Assembly (NCBI GenBank): GCA_038087875.1 | Contig: CM075986.1 | Location: 13,826,001-13,890,000, forward strand | Source: Malacoraja senta | Taxonomy: Eukaryota | Length of the DNA: 64,000 nucleotides | Reading direction: 5' to 3' | Part shown: positions 14,198-26,156 of the stretch, one piece after another | Numbering within the stretch: position 1 is the first letter of the stretch | Layout of the letters: each line of letters begins with the position of its first letter | The notes under the pieces: model-generated | Databases searched by the model: none | What the model was told of the DNA's origin: nothing | The model's input: the letters and a program-made list of their open reading frames with translations, nothing else | Translations under genes and position numbers: made by a program

Positions 14198-14829
14198 CGT
14201 GGTTATTGGTCCCAAAGTGCTTTCCCACTGACACATCAGTCACTTGTTTTGCCTCATTTCCTAAGAGAGAGTTGAGTGTAGCCCCTTCTGCTTCACAATT
14301 CTCTTCCATCTAATCCCCTAGCACGAAGGCAGTCCTAGTTCTATATTAGAAAAGTTAGAGTCACCTACTATTACAAACATATGTTTCCTAAAATTGTTTG
14401 TGATTTTTCAACATATGCTCTCTTCTAGCAGTTTGTTTTATGCTCCAGATTTCAGCGTTGGCACATTTGTATGTCATTTTACACTCCTCTCATTTCCTCT
14501 GACTTCTGAGGGAGCTACAGTGTAATCCCATCAAAATGACTCCCCTATTTTATTTGTTTAAGAACTGCAGATGCTTCTTCAGTCTGAAGGGTCTCGACCC
14601 AAAACGTTGCCTATTCCTTCTCTCCAAAGATGCTGCCTCACCCGCTGAGTTCCTCCAGCATTTTTGTCTATCCCTGTTTTATTTCTACATTTTCCCATAA
14701 GGCCAATGGGATAGACACCCCCTGCCCCCACTCTCCCAGGACACCCTCTCTAAGTGCTCCATGCTGTTCTTCCTAATCAATAGTGCTACTCTCCCTTTGC
14801 TCTTACCTCCACATCAGTCATGCCGTAAG

Positions 14830-15290
14830 CATTGGTAGGTCGAACTACAGTCATGCCTCAACTGTGTTTCTGTAATAGCTATATCCACGTGCCGATCCAT
14901 GCCCTGAGTTCATCTGCTTTACTTGTGAGAAATCTTCCATTAAAGTATATGCAGTTTAGCCTATCAGACTTTCAATGGTCTCTGCTCTGCCCCTGCCTAG
15001 CAGGCCTACTGGACCTTCTTGATCTAACCTCTACATTTGTTTCAACGTTCACATCTGATGCACAACAATATCCACCCCTTGCCAGACTAGTTTAAACCCT
15101 CACAAATAGCATTGGTAAGCCTCCCCAACAAGACATTAGTTTCCTTCCAGTTCAGATGCAACCTGTCCCTCTTCTACATGTCACCTCCGTCCCAGAAGAG
15201 ATCTCAACTGTTCAAGTAGCTGGAGCCCTCCTGTCTACCCCAGTCCTCCTACCACACATTCATTTATCCTTCTATTCCTACCCTCACTAA
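14830..15290 (-). mobile_element. CR1 ORF1-end / ORF2 endonuclease start remnant
   Basis: GAGGGTTTAAACTAG ORF1-end motif; minus strand reads SKADELRAWIGTW. Confidence 0.6.
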
Positions 15291-17729
15291 TCTCAGCCTT
15301 ACCATTGCCATCTCCACTGTTTTTCTCCCTCCAGATTTTGATCTGGATTTCCTTCTGACTGTCCTGTTTGCATCTTTTAAGGATAGATATATGACTAATG
15401 AGATTAGTTAAGTGGTCAAATTCAAGGATACAAGAATGCATTCTAATATGGATAAGTGAAAGGTTGAATCTTAGGGGTTTGTCAAACATTGCGTTTGACC
15501 ATACCACCCTTCTGGCATGCCTCTACACTGTTCACTAGTTAGAATCAGACTACACTCATCATCCCATTCTAATCTATTTAAGCATAACCAGGTGATCAAC
15601 TGCAAAGATTTCCCTTCCCATACTTGTTTCATTGCCTATGGTGACCCTCAAAGATTTATCCTTGGCTCCATTCTATTTTTCACCTCATGCTGTTATTGAC
15701 TTCACATCTCAGCATTAGTGAAGTAGTTAGCTGGTCTAACAGATATTTGCTGGGCAGAGTGTTAACATTGCAGACGAGAGAGGACAGTACGTTTATTCTC
15801 CATGGATAGCAGAGCGGCACAAGGAGCAGTTGGCAGAGCTGCTGCCTCACAGTGCCAGAGACCCCGGTTTGATCCTGACCTTGCCTGTACTTTACACTGT
15901 GACCGTGTGGTAATCACAAAGCAGTTTCTTTTAATTAATGTAAATAGTGGATAATTTTTGGTTGTTATTACTGTTGTAGCTGGACCATAGAGGTGAAGGT
16001 AATATTGCCTCTAATAAGAACCCAGAAGCAGCCCAACTACAACACCAATAACAATTTAGACTATCCACCATCTTTCATGTAGTAAAGTCTCTCATGGTAT
16101 TTGATGGTTTCATAGATGTGTCATTACATTCCCCTCTTTTACTTGTGCTGATGTGAGGAAATCCGAGTGCAGGGTCATGCACAGGGAGTGTTCAGCTTGG
16201 GGTATTGTCTCCACCCTCTTATATCATTCAGCATGTCCACGTGCTAAGTTTATGTATCTAACCTACCCTTCAAAAACAACCTGAAGATTGAGGAAGATGG
16301 GTTTGAAGCAAATTCAGATCTTAGATCATTTTATAACTGAAGATATATATTTTTGGATATTTTTCAAAATATTTGTACATTTAAAAGAAAATGTTGTTCC
16401 TCTTAAAAATGGGGTCATATTTATTATAGTTATTCCAGATGATCTCATCAAATCTGGACTGCAGATTTTTACTGGCTGTTATTAATCTACCACAGATATT
16501 GACAGAAAATCATATTATGGTTGAAGATATTTTTGTATTTTTATATTTATGTATTTGAAGATATAATGCTTCATTAAGTGTGGTAACATTCTCTTTACCC
16601 TTGCCTTCTATGACTTAAACATGCTCTGGGTCTACCGAATGTCAAATTTTAAATCCTCATCATATCTTTCATACCCGCATTTATCCTATTTCCATAACTT
16701 CTGACCTTCTAACTATCCAAGACCTCTCTGTTCATTTAACACTTGTGCATCTTGGACTTGCCGCACACAGTCATTGGTGACCTTGTCTTCTTCCATTCAG
16801 CCATGTTAAGGAATCCTTCCCTAACCTCTCTGTATCTCTATTCTCCTTTAAGATGCACGATAGAAACTACTTATTTCACCAATATTTTATAATCAGTTGC
16901 CATATTAGCACCTTTTTTAGATTTGGCCTCAATTTTCAGCTGATACTGTACTACACCCGTCATGCTAGGAATGTTTTCATACATTATAGGTTGTAGATAA
17001 TATTTGCTGTTATTCCTGTTGCAGCTGGACTGTTTCCATATTTAATATCACCTTCTCTATGACTGCAGATAATGCCTATTAAACATACAAATTACATAGA
17101 AAATAGGTGCAGGAGGAGGCCATTTGGCCCTTCGAGCCAGCACCGCGGTTGTATTTGTTAGATGTATTGTAGTTGTACAACTGGTAGTTGTTGCCCCGCA
17201 AATGGGGAAACAGGCTTGCAGAGAGGACAAGCATGAGCTTTGGTTAAAGCATTGCAGATCTGCTTCAGTTCTGTATCCATGTAAGTGCAGCTATTCAATG
17301 GGGAAATGATTGCCATTGCCTTCTACCTCTTTCACATACTATGTTCAGAGGCACTTGGCTCCACAATGTGCCTTTACCCTACATCCTCTTTCTGTTCAAT
17401 GTCCTTTTCTTCAATACATTTTCTATTTGTTCAACTAATGCCTTTTCAATTTCCTCCTCTTGCCCAGATGGTCTGTGACAATTCCCAATTATTAGTTTCC
17501 TTTTGCGTCACACTTTTCCACCAAAACTGACTCATATTTCCCAGCACCCCATGAAATATCACAACTTTTGATAACACTCCCTTTCTAGTACTGCTTCCTC
17601 TCTTCCATTTGATTTGTTGTACCACTTCCAAAAAACTTTAGTTTGATCATGTAAAACTTGTGATTGTTTTGCTGAAACTTGGAAAATAATAATTCCATTT
17701 CCATTCTTCTAATCCAAGTAAAAAGGACC

Positions 17730-17945
17730 AAAGAAAGACACAAAAGGCTGGAGTAACTCAGCCAGTCAGGCAGCATCTCTGGAGAAAAGATGACGGTTCA
17801 GATCGAGACCCTTCTTCAGATTTTCAGTCTGAAGAAGGGTTTTGACCGAAAACTTCACCTTTTCCTTTTCTCCAGACCTGCTGAGTTACTCCAGCATTTT
17901 GTGTCTGTCTTTGGTGTAAACCAGCATCTGCAGTTTCTTCCTACA
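17730..17945. mobile_element. Palindromic Penelope-derived mini-element with hammerhead-like cores on both strands
   Basis: ACCCTTCTTCAGA...TCTGAAGAAGGGT inverted centre. Confidence 0.8.
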
Positions 17946-20009
17946 TAAAAAGTACGGAATATTATTTCTGTCCTGTTTCTCACAACCTTGAAATATTCCA
18001 GCATGCGTTATAAGTAATAAAGTACTTCTAACGTTTGGGCACTGTTCTAACGTTGGAACTGTGACAGTCAAGTTACTCAGGACAGCGTCCTATAAACAGC
18101 ATCATGATAATTATCTTGTTCATATAATTTAAAGATGTTGCTTGAGAGACAAATATTGGCCAAAGAACCAGGCGGTAGTTTAACGTTCTTCTTCAAAACA
18201 GCACCAAATGATCTTTTACATTCGCCTTAGAGAGCAGATATTTTGAAGGTTTACAAAACTGCTGGAGAAACTCATCGGGTGCAGCAGCATCTATGGAGCG
18301 AAGGAAATAGGCAACGTTTCGGGACGAAACCCTTCTTCAGGCTTTTCCACGAAAGGGTTATGTCCCGGCAGTGCTGAATGCTAACCCTCATTCTTTAAGA
18401 TTGAGTCAGACATAGAAAGGCAGCAGTCCTTTTCATCACATTGGACATCTCAACTCATCATATTCTGTTCAATGTCCTAGACATAAGAACCATAGATCTT
18501 CTGATGGAAATCCATAGTGTGGATTATTTAAGTAAGAGGTTTCTTTGCATATTCCAGGTTTCTGAGGAATTTAACCTGCAAAATTATGAGCCGTGAGAAG
18601 ACCTACATCTGAATGGAATCACACAGCAAGATTACAGGCCCTTAGGTCCAACTCATCCATGCCGACCAAAATGTCCATCTACGCTTGGCCCTATTGCCCA
18701 GGTTTGACCCATATCGCTCTAAACCTTTTCTATTCATGTACCTATCCAAATGTTTATTAATACTCGAGTCACTGCTAAATTTGTCAGGTTCTGAAATGAG
18801 CCCAAGTTTCATTTCCATATTATTTTGTGGCTCCCACAGAACGTTCTGGACATATTAATCAAATTCATTTAAACTCGTCAGAGTTTTTGTTGGGAAACTT
18901 CAACTATAATTCTTGGCTCCACAGCAGCCAGAACAGCAGTCCTAAAGAGATGCTGGAGGTGGTGAAAGGTGCCCATAGTTATGTGTTTTAAATTGCCCCT
19001 TAATATGGAACCTAGAGAAGCAAGGAGTATTCTCTTTGCTTCAGTGTGAAGGCTGCAGCTGCTGCTGGTTAGTTCTCCTTCTTCCATGTTGATTGTTTCT
19101 TATCCTTTCCAAACTAACCTGTGAGAATTACCAGCAACCAATTATAAAGGGATGCATCCTCAGTATTGAGCTCTGTCTGGTGCTTGTCTGGTACATTCCA
19201 TGGCCTGAGGGTCAGTATAACAGGAACTTGGAAACTAGGAATGTGACCTGGAGTCTCTCATAATTTATCAAGATTATTGGTTCTCATGGGAGTTTGTTGT
19301 GAACTCCTGAGCACCTGACATTGTAGTTGTACTAATGCCAATTGAAGCCTTTGACCAGCAGGTCAGAAGATAGTTTAAGATGCACAACAATGTAGCATCA
19401 TGTTGCACAGATTACTTGGATGCTAATAGACTTAGTTTAATCCAATAAATGGCCCGATGTTCATGCTCAGATCAGCTATTAGGTATAGAGCAGAACTTCA
19501 GCCCATCTGCAAATAAATCACCAGGTTAACAGGTTTGAACTATTGACAGACAACACCCTCTTGACCCGATGAGCTACAACAGATTGCTTTTTGGATAGAA
19601 AACAGTCAATTTACTCGGAGCATAGAATTTCTTAGAAGGAAAAGGAACATCTTGCAACAATGAGGGAGGTTATATATATATATAGTTTGTGTGCATAAAC
19701 CCAGCACAATAATCACCAAGTGATTAAAAGGGCAAGTACCTAATCATCTTCCCTGTGGATTGTTATAGCTTTAGTACTACATGTGACTCGCAACATTCAA
19801 TGAAATGCATTTAAAAAAAAACTTCAATATGTGATCTTGCCCAGATATTGTGAACTGGCTTTTATTTCCATTACTTAATATATTTGCCTCTGTTGTACAG
19901 GTATTTTTATTTTTGGAGGAAAAAAAATTAATGTCACAGGTCAATGACTTTTCAAGAGAACATTTTACACTAGTTCTGTTGCAATATAACCCAGTTTTTC
20001 TTCCTACAT

Positions 20010-22345
20010 AGTCCAGTCAAGTGGGGTTTATTGCCATAAGCACACGTATGGTGAGGTTCACATACAATAACAATCTTGCTTGCAAAGCAGCATCACAGAC
20101 ACATAGACCCTTTAACACACAAAACAAAGATTGTACGTAAATTCCACGATAGAGTGGAAAGAAAAAGATTGTGCAAAAAACAAGACATTAGAACAAAGCA
20201 CAATTAGAAAACAAGTCCATATGAAGTTGTGTTGCGTTCCATTGCCGGGATAGGATCAGAATGGTTTAAGAACCTTAAGGTTGTTGGAAACTAGCTGTTC
20301 TTGTACCTCATGGTTTGAGACTTCTGACCTCCTGCCTGAAGGTGGCAGTGAGGAAAGGACATGCCCATATGTTGGGGGTCATAATGATGGATGCAGCCTT
20401 CTTGAGACAGCTCCTGATTGAGATACTTTCCATGGCGGACTGTGCCTTGATGAACCAGGGCGAGTCCACCACTCTCTGTAGCCTAAATGTGCAGGAGGGA
20501 ATTGCAGATGCTGATTTACAAAGATAGTCACAAAATGTTGGAGTGACTCAGTGGGTAAGGCAACATCTCTGGAGAAAAGGAATAGGTGATGTTTCAGAAG
20601 GGTCTAATTTTGTGTCTACTCTCTGTGGTCCCTTGCATTTTTGTCTATTGGAATTGCTACAGCTGGCCACGATGTAACTAGTCAGCATACTTTCTACAGA
20701 GCATCAGTAAAAGTCTGTTTGAGTATTTGGTGATATGCCGAATCTCTTTAAACTTCCAAGAAAGTAGAGACACTACTGTGCCTTCTTTGTTATTACATCA
20801 ATGAGCTGGGTCCAGGCAGGTCGTCAGAAATGCCAAGCAATTTTAAGCTACTAACTCTGCACTGCTGGTACACCAATGAAAACAGACATGTGGTCTCCCA
20901 AGTACTTTTCTAAAGTCAATAGTTCCTTTATTATTACGTTTAGTTTAGTTTAGAGATACAGCACGGAAACAGGTCCTTCGGCCCACCGAGTCCGCACCGA
21001 CTAGCGATCCTCATACATTAACACTATCCTACACACATTAGGGACAATATACTCATACACCAAGCCAATTAACTTACAGACCTATGCGTCTTTGGAGTAA
21101 TGGGTGGAAACCGAAGATCTAGGAGAAAACCCACGCGGTCACGGGGAGAATGTACAAACTCCGTACAGACAGCACCCATAATCGGGATCGAACCCGGGTC
21201 TACGGCATTTCAAGCTCTGAAAGGCAACTCTACCGTTGCGTCACCGTGGCCGCCCGCTTTGTACGTGCACAAAGGTACAGTGAGATTCATTTTTCGCATA
21301 CAGATCAGTAAAATTATTACCATACACAAGTACGATCCCCGGTTAAGCACATAATACATAGAAAAAGCACACTGACTCTATGTGCAATAATTCACAAACC
21401 CAACTGCAACTGGCCATAAAAGCCTGTTTATTCCTACCGTCCTTTGTCCAGCATCCGCCACCGTCGCCAACTCCCTCCACTTCCTCTCCGGTTCCCTAGT
21501 CTTCGGGACAAGCAGTGGCCGGGCTTCGTGGCTTCACTCTTCCTGGTTCCGCAGCATGTGGGTCAGGCCTGCTGTCGGGGAACCTCTGCTGCTCACCAGG
21601 ACCCTTCTGCCGCATGCAACAATCAGTTCCTCCATTTTATTGACATTGAGTAAGAGTTGGTTGTTGAGGCACCACTCGACTAGAAGTTCCACTCTCTCTT
21701 GTACGCTGACTCATCATGACCTGTGATTCGGCCAACAACAGTGGCTTCAACGGCAAATTTGCAGATGGCATTGGAGCTGTGCTTAGCCACACAAACATGG
21801 GTATAAAGCCATGGGCTTGGCTCACTGCTTTCAGGTACACCTGTGTTAATGGCCAGTGAGGAGGCGACGTTATTATTCCACACTGATTGAGGTCTTGCTG
21901 ATGAGGAATACAAGTATCCAGTTGCAAAAGCAGGTACAGAGACCCAGGTCTTGGATTTTGGTGATGAGTTTGGAGGGGATGATTGCGTTGAATGTTGAGC
22001 TTTAGTCGGTGACAGCAGCCTGGCGTATGTGTTCCCGTTATCCAAGTGGTCAAGAGCAGAATAGAGAGCCAGTGAGATGACATCTGCTGTTGACCCGTTG
22101 CAGCGAGGGGCAAATTTAAGCAGGTCATTTTTGAGGGAGGATATAATTTGTGCCAACACTTCATTACGGGGAATGTAAGTACTACAGGCCCGTGGTCATT
22201 GAGGCAGATTTTGTGTCTATAATAGGAACACATACTCCAGGCTGCCTGGGCCCAATGTTTTGCATGGATTCTCTTGAAAGATGTTCTGATGTTGGCCTCA
22301 GAACATGAGATCATGGGACCGTGTGAGACTGCGGGGGCTCCAGAA
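20010..22345 (-). mobile_element. Fragmented Rex1/Babar-like LINE (RT remnants), interrupted by a V-SINE and other inserts
   Basis: ORF 21680-22159: STADVISLALYSALDHLDNGNTYARLL, SSLAINTGVP, ICKFA..ATVVGRI. Confidence 0.7.
20938..21255 (-). mobile_element. HE1/V-SINE (tRNA-derived SINE), young copy
   Basis: tRNA-like head with A/B-box-like CCCGGGTTCGATCCC, V-domain-like core, CR1-derived tail ending (CTAAA)n. Confidence 0.85.
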
Positions 22346-22424
22346 GGTGTGTGATCCTTGTCCCTTATACGATCCTTGTCCCTTATGCAACATGTTCCTG
22401 TTTTATTTTCAAGCTCCAGCACCT

Positions 22425-23020
22425 ATCTGTCCATTGTCAGAGTGAGGCCCAATGTAAATTGGAGGAACAACACCTCATATTTTGTTTGTGTAGCTTACAA
22501 CACAGCGGTATGAATTGGATTGCTCTAACTTTAAGTAAGCCTTGCTTTCTCTCTGATTAGCTTCACTGTCCTGATTAATCAGCTAATTTTGCTGATTGTA
22601 TGCTTCGTTGTCACCATAAGTTAACAATGATCCATTCTACATGAGCGACACGGTTGTGCAGCGGTTTTACAGTACCAGGTTCGATCCGGACCACGGGTGC
22701 TGTCTATATGGAGTTTGTACGTTCTCCCTGTGACCTGCGTGGGTTTTCTCCGGGATCTCCGGTTTCCTCTCGCAGACATACAGGTTTGTAGGTTAATTGG
22801 CTTTGTTTAATTGTAAATTGTTCCTAGTGTGTGTAGAATTGTCTGCTTTGATCAGTGGTTTTCACACTTTACCCATCCACATACCTCCAGTTTTCCCTCT
22901 CACCTGACTCTCAGACTGAAGAAGGGTGTGGATCTCAATATTCCTTCTCTCCAGAGATGCTGCCTGTCCCTCTGAGTTATTCCAGCATTTTATGTCAGCA
23001 ACTGCAGTTCCTTCCTACAC
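22425..23020 (+). mobile_element. Penelope-like 3' fragment (CQSEAQCKLEEQHLIFCLCSLQHSGMN) with nested V-SINE
   Basis: Same peptide motif and same terminal repeat as 28090-28460. Confidence 0.7.
22645..22840 (+). mobile_element. HE1/V-SINE, 3'-truncated
   Basis: Head and V-domain-like core present; embedded in a Penelope 3' region. Confidence 0.7.
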
Positions 23021-23433
23021 TTTCCATATTCTGTTGATCTGCTGCAAGTAATAATTTGTGTAAGTAATAAAATTGTCCTATCTGGGACATATGACAATAA
23101 AACACTCTTGACCTGAGTCTGATGTAACGGGCTCCACGTTGGCACTTGAGGAGCCTCTCGGTGGGGAGGAGGGGAGGCGGCAGCGGCAGCAGCAGCAGGT
23201 GATAGACCGTGAGGCAGCCGTTGAGGTCGCTGGTAGAATACGGCTCATCTCCCCGCCGTCACACTCCGGGGAAGGGGCGCCGAAGTGGAATAGTTAGCGA
23301 GGATTCAAAAATCAAATCAAACGGGCGCAGTTAGAATTAGAAACGTGTAAAGGGCGCGGGTTGTTTGCGGCGGGTGCTGACGTGTTGCAGGGTGAGGCCT
23401 AGTCCCGGGCAGGAGCCGCGGCCTCCGCTCGCC

Positions 23434-23462
23434 ATGGAGACGCTCTATCACCAGACCAACAA
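23434..23462 (+). CDS. GOSR2: GOSR2 coding exon 1 (METLYHQTNK)
   Basis: Strong Kozak GCCATGG inside a CpG island; 29 nt then GTAAGT donor; peptide resembles the GOSR2 N-terminus (human MDPLFQQTHK); phase matches exon 2. Confidence 0.93.
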
Positions 23463-23490
23463 GTAAGTGGCGGCCGCTGCCGGGGAGGGG

Positions 23491-23523
23491 TGTGGTGTGG
23501 GTGTGGGTGTGGGTGTGGGTGTG
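23491..23523 (+). repeat. (TGTGGG)n G-rich tandem repeat at the start of intron 1
   Basis: Seen directly. Confidence 0.9.
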
Positions 23524-24133
23524 CTGGACGGGCCCGCTCGCTGCCCGGGGACGGCTGGACGGGCTGCATTTTCCGGAGCCCGTCCATTCACTCTCCGGAG
23601 CCCGGCGGTCTCTACCCAAGTTTGCTGCCCGGTGCCCGGCGGGCGGACAGCATTCACTCCCCGGGCCCGGCGGTCTCTTTACTGGGCTCGCTGTCCAGGA
23701 ACTGGCAGACTCTGCCCGGGCTTCCCAGAACTATACAACACGAAAACAGGCCCTTCGGCCCACCTGGCCCATGCCGGCCCAGTTCTGGGCTGGGCCCACT
23801 TGCCCCCATTTGGTTCATATCGCTGTAAACACTTCCCAAATCTCAGACTCTCCCTATCGCTCAAGCCCACAACTCCCAGTACTCTCCTGGTTGGAAAGTC
23901 CTCTCAGTCCTGCCACAGATGGGAGCACGTAAACTGGTTGCAATGCGAATTAAACAATACTTGCAAGGCTGTAGGTCTGTGACCAATTCGAAATCTTGTA
24001 AGCACATAGCACAGAACTGATGGGCCGAATGACTCCATTCTCCAGATTAAATGATTTTGGGGCATTGTGTTAAACAGTACGGAAACAGGCTCTTTGATTC
24101 AACTGGTCCAAGGTGACAAAGGTGCTTACCTGG

Positions 24134-24332
24134 TGGAGAAACTCAGCGGATGAGGCAGCATCTATGGAGCGAAGGAATAGGTGACGTTTCGGGTCGAGAC
24201 CCTTCTTCAGACGAAGGGTCTTCAGTTCATCTATTCCTTCGCTCCATAGATGCTGCCTCACCCGCTGAGTTTCTCCAGCATTTTTATCTACCTTCGATTT
24301 TTCCAGCATCTGCAGCTCCTTCTTAAACAAGA
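24134..24332. mobile_element. Palindromic Penelope-derived mini-element with hammerhead core; 11-bp TSD TGCTTACCTGG
   Basis: Inverted arms; TSD at 24123-24133 and 24333-24343; intact core on the minus strand at 24181-24210. Confidence 0.85.
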
Positions 24333-24589
24333 TGCTTACCTGGGTTAGTACCTTTTGCCTATTCTCAAACATATCCTTAAGCCTTCTATATCCATGAACC
24401 TGTCATTATAATTGAACGCCCCTCTACCACTTCTTTTGGTGGCTTGTTATACATGTCCTATACCTTCTACATGTAAAATCTTTCCCCTCTCACCTTAAAT
24501 GTATACCCTCTAGTTTCAGACTCCTCTAACCTGGGTGAAAAACTGCAACCATTCATCTTATTATGCCTCCATGATTTTATATCTTTGAA

Positions 24590-25350
24590 GAGTTAATGGT
24601 AAGCTTTGGGAGGAGAGGAACACCCCTGTCTCCATCAATGTTATGGATGTGCAGCTTACCAGGGAGTACGAATACCTTTGAGTGTACCTGGACAGTAAAC
24701 TGGACTGGTCCAGGAAGGCTGAGGCCCTGTACAAGGAGGGACAAGCCGGCTGTACATTTTGAGAAGGCTCCTCTCCAACATCTGTAGTAAGATGCTGCAG
24801 ATGTTCTACCAATCGGTGGTAGGCAATGCCATCTTCTTCACTGCAGTGTGTTGGGGCAGCAGGACGAAGGCCGCGGATGCCAATCGGATTAACAAACTCA
24901 TTAGGAAGGCTGGCTCTGTCCAGGGGGCGGTTGGATTCATCCTCCCCGGTCTTGGAGTGGAGGATGCTCCTCAAACTGCGGAGCATCCTGGACAATACAG
25001 CTCATTCCCTCCATGACACACTGATCAACCTGAGGTAGACAAAAATGCTGGAGAAACTCAGCGGGTGAGGCAGATCAACCTGTGGAGTACCTTCAGCAAC
25101 AGACTGGTTCCAACAAGATGCAGGACAGAACGCCACAGGAGATCCTTCTTCCCTGTGGCTATCAAATTGTGCAAATATTCCCCACCTTCTGCCATGGGGT
25201 AGACTGAGACTGACTGACTCCCCTTCCCCCCAATCTTTGCACATCCCCAATCCTTTCCACTCGTCACTTTAATTTAATGTTCCATGTTTTTGTGTTTTTA
25301 TGACTGTTGGCAGATCAATTTCTCTCCTGAGATAAATAAAGTTCTATTGT
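24590..25350 (+). mobile_element. Rex1/Babar LINE 3' fragment inserted into a CR1 remnant
   Basis: Peptides YLDSKLDWS and LRRLLSNICSKMLQMFYQSVVGNAIFFTAVCWG...NKLIRKAGSV; AATAAA tail. Confidence 0.75.
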
Positions 25351-25354
25351 ATCG

Positions 25355-25965
25355 GGTCACCCCTCAGCCTCCTAGCTTTCAGAAAAATAATGTTGCAACC
25401 TATCAATCCTTTTCTTACAATTCAAGCCCTCTAGTCCCAGTAACATCCTTGTGACTATTTTCTGCACCCTTTCCAGCTTAATGGTGTCCTTCCTGCAGCT
25501 GCCGAACAAAATTGTGCAGTGTATTGCAAGTGCAGTCAGCACAACATACAGTTGTAATTAATGTGACATTCCAACTCTTGTACTCTGTGCCCTGAGTGAT
25601 GAAGGCAAGTGTGCCAAATACTTTCCTCAAGTTAAATTCTTTGACCAACTTCACCAGCTGATTTAGATCCTATTGTATATTAGATAACCATCGTCACTGG
25701 CCATTATACCTCAATTTTGGTGTAATCTTCAAATTTACTAATCCTGTTAACTTTGCCATCCAGATCATTAATATAGGTGACAGTGGACCCAGCACAGTTC
25801 CCTGCAGCAGACCACAGGTGACAGGCACCCAGTACCACCTACTGACTACTACCACTAAGGCAATTTTGTATCCAATTGGATACAATTTGCTCACCCTGGG
25901 TCTCTTATGATCTTTGGGACTGGCCCACCATGTAGTGCTTTATCAAAGGCTTTGCAAAAGTACAT
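25355..25965 (-). mobile_element. CR1 ORF2 remnant
   Basis: WVPVTCGLLQGTVLGPL (RT GVPQGSVLGP-like). Confidence 0.65.
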
Positions 25966-26156
25966 TTCTGGGCTCTGCAATATTTTGTTAAGGGATACAT
26001 GTTCCCAAAGGTTAAGTGAGTGAGAGTACAAATTGTGTCTCTTGGGTTACTACCTGTACCAACTTGTTTGGTCAGTGTTTGCTCGCAAAGGCACCCTCAA
26101 TATGTGAGATTGTTGTGTTCTTTCTATTCAAATTTTTATAAAATTTCATCTTTTTA

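Larger units (their letters stand above)
23120..23800. promoter_or_regulatory. CpG-island promoter of GOSR2
   Basis: Abrupt GC/CpG-rich block in a CpG-depleted window, centred on the GOSR2 ATG; contains TGACGTGT at 23378-23385. Confidence 0.85.

Noticed and set aside
21637-22422. 261-aa ORF
   Set aside because: Mostly off-frame reading of a decayed Rex1-like RT
1-23100. WNT9B exons expected from synteny (and RPRML downstream)
   Set aside because: No Wnt cysteine-pattern or Reprimo-like peptide seen in the ORF track or by eye
23113-23248. Divergent minus-strand ATG (MSRILPATSTAASRSITCCCC...) as a head-to-head gene
   Set aside because: No recognisable protein, the apparent donor GTCAAG is weak and lies in a LINE tail, and no downstream exons were found; a divergent non-coding transcript cannot be excluded
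23317-23982. Several overlapping 100-171 aa ORFs over the CpG island
   Set aside because: Stop-poor GC-rich and (GTGTGG)n sequence; low-complexity translations; the real CDS is the 29-nt exon 1
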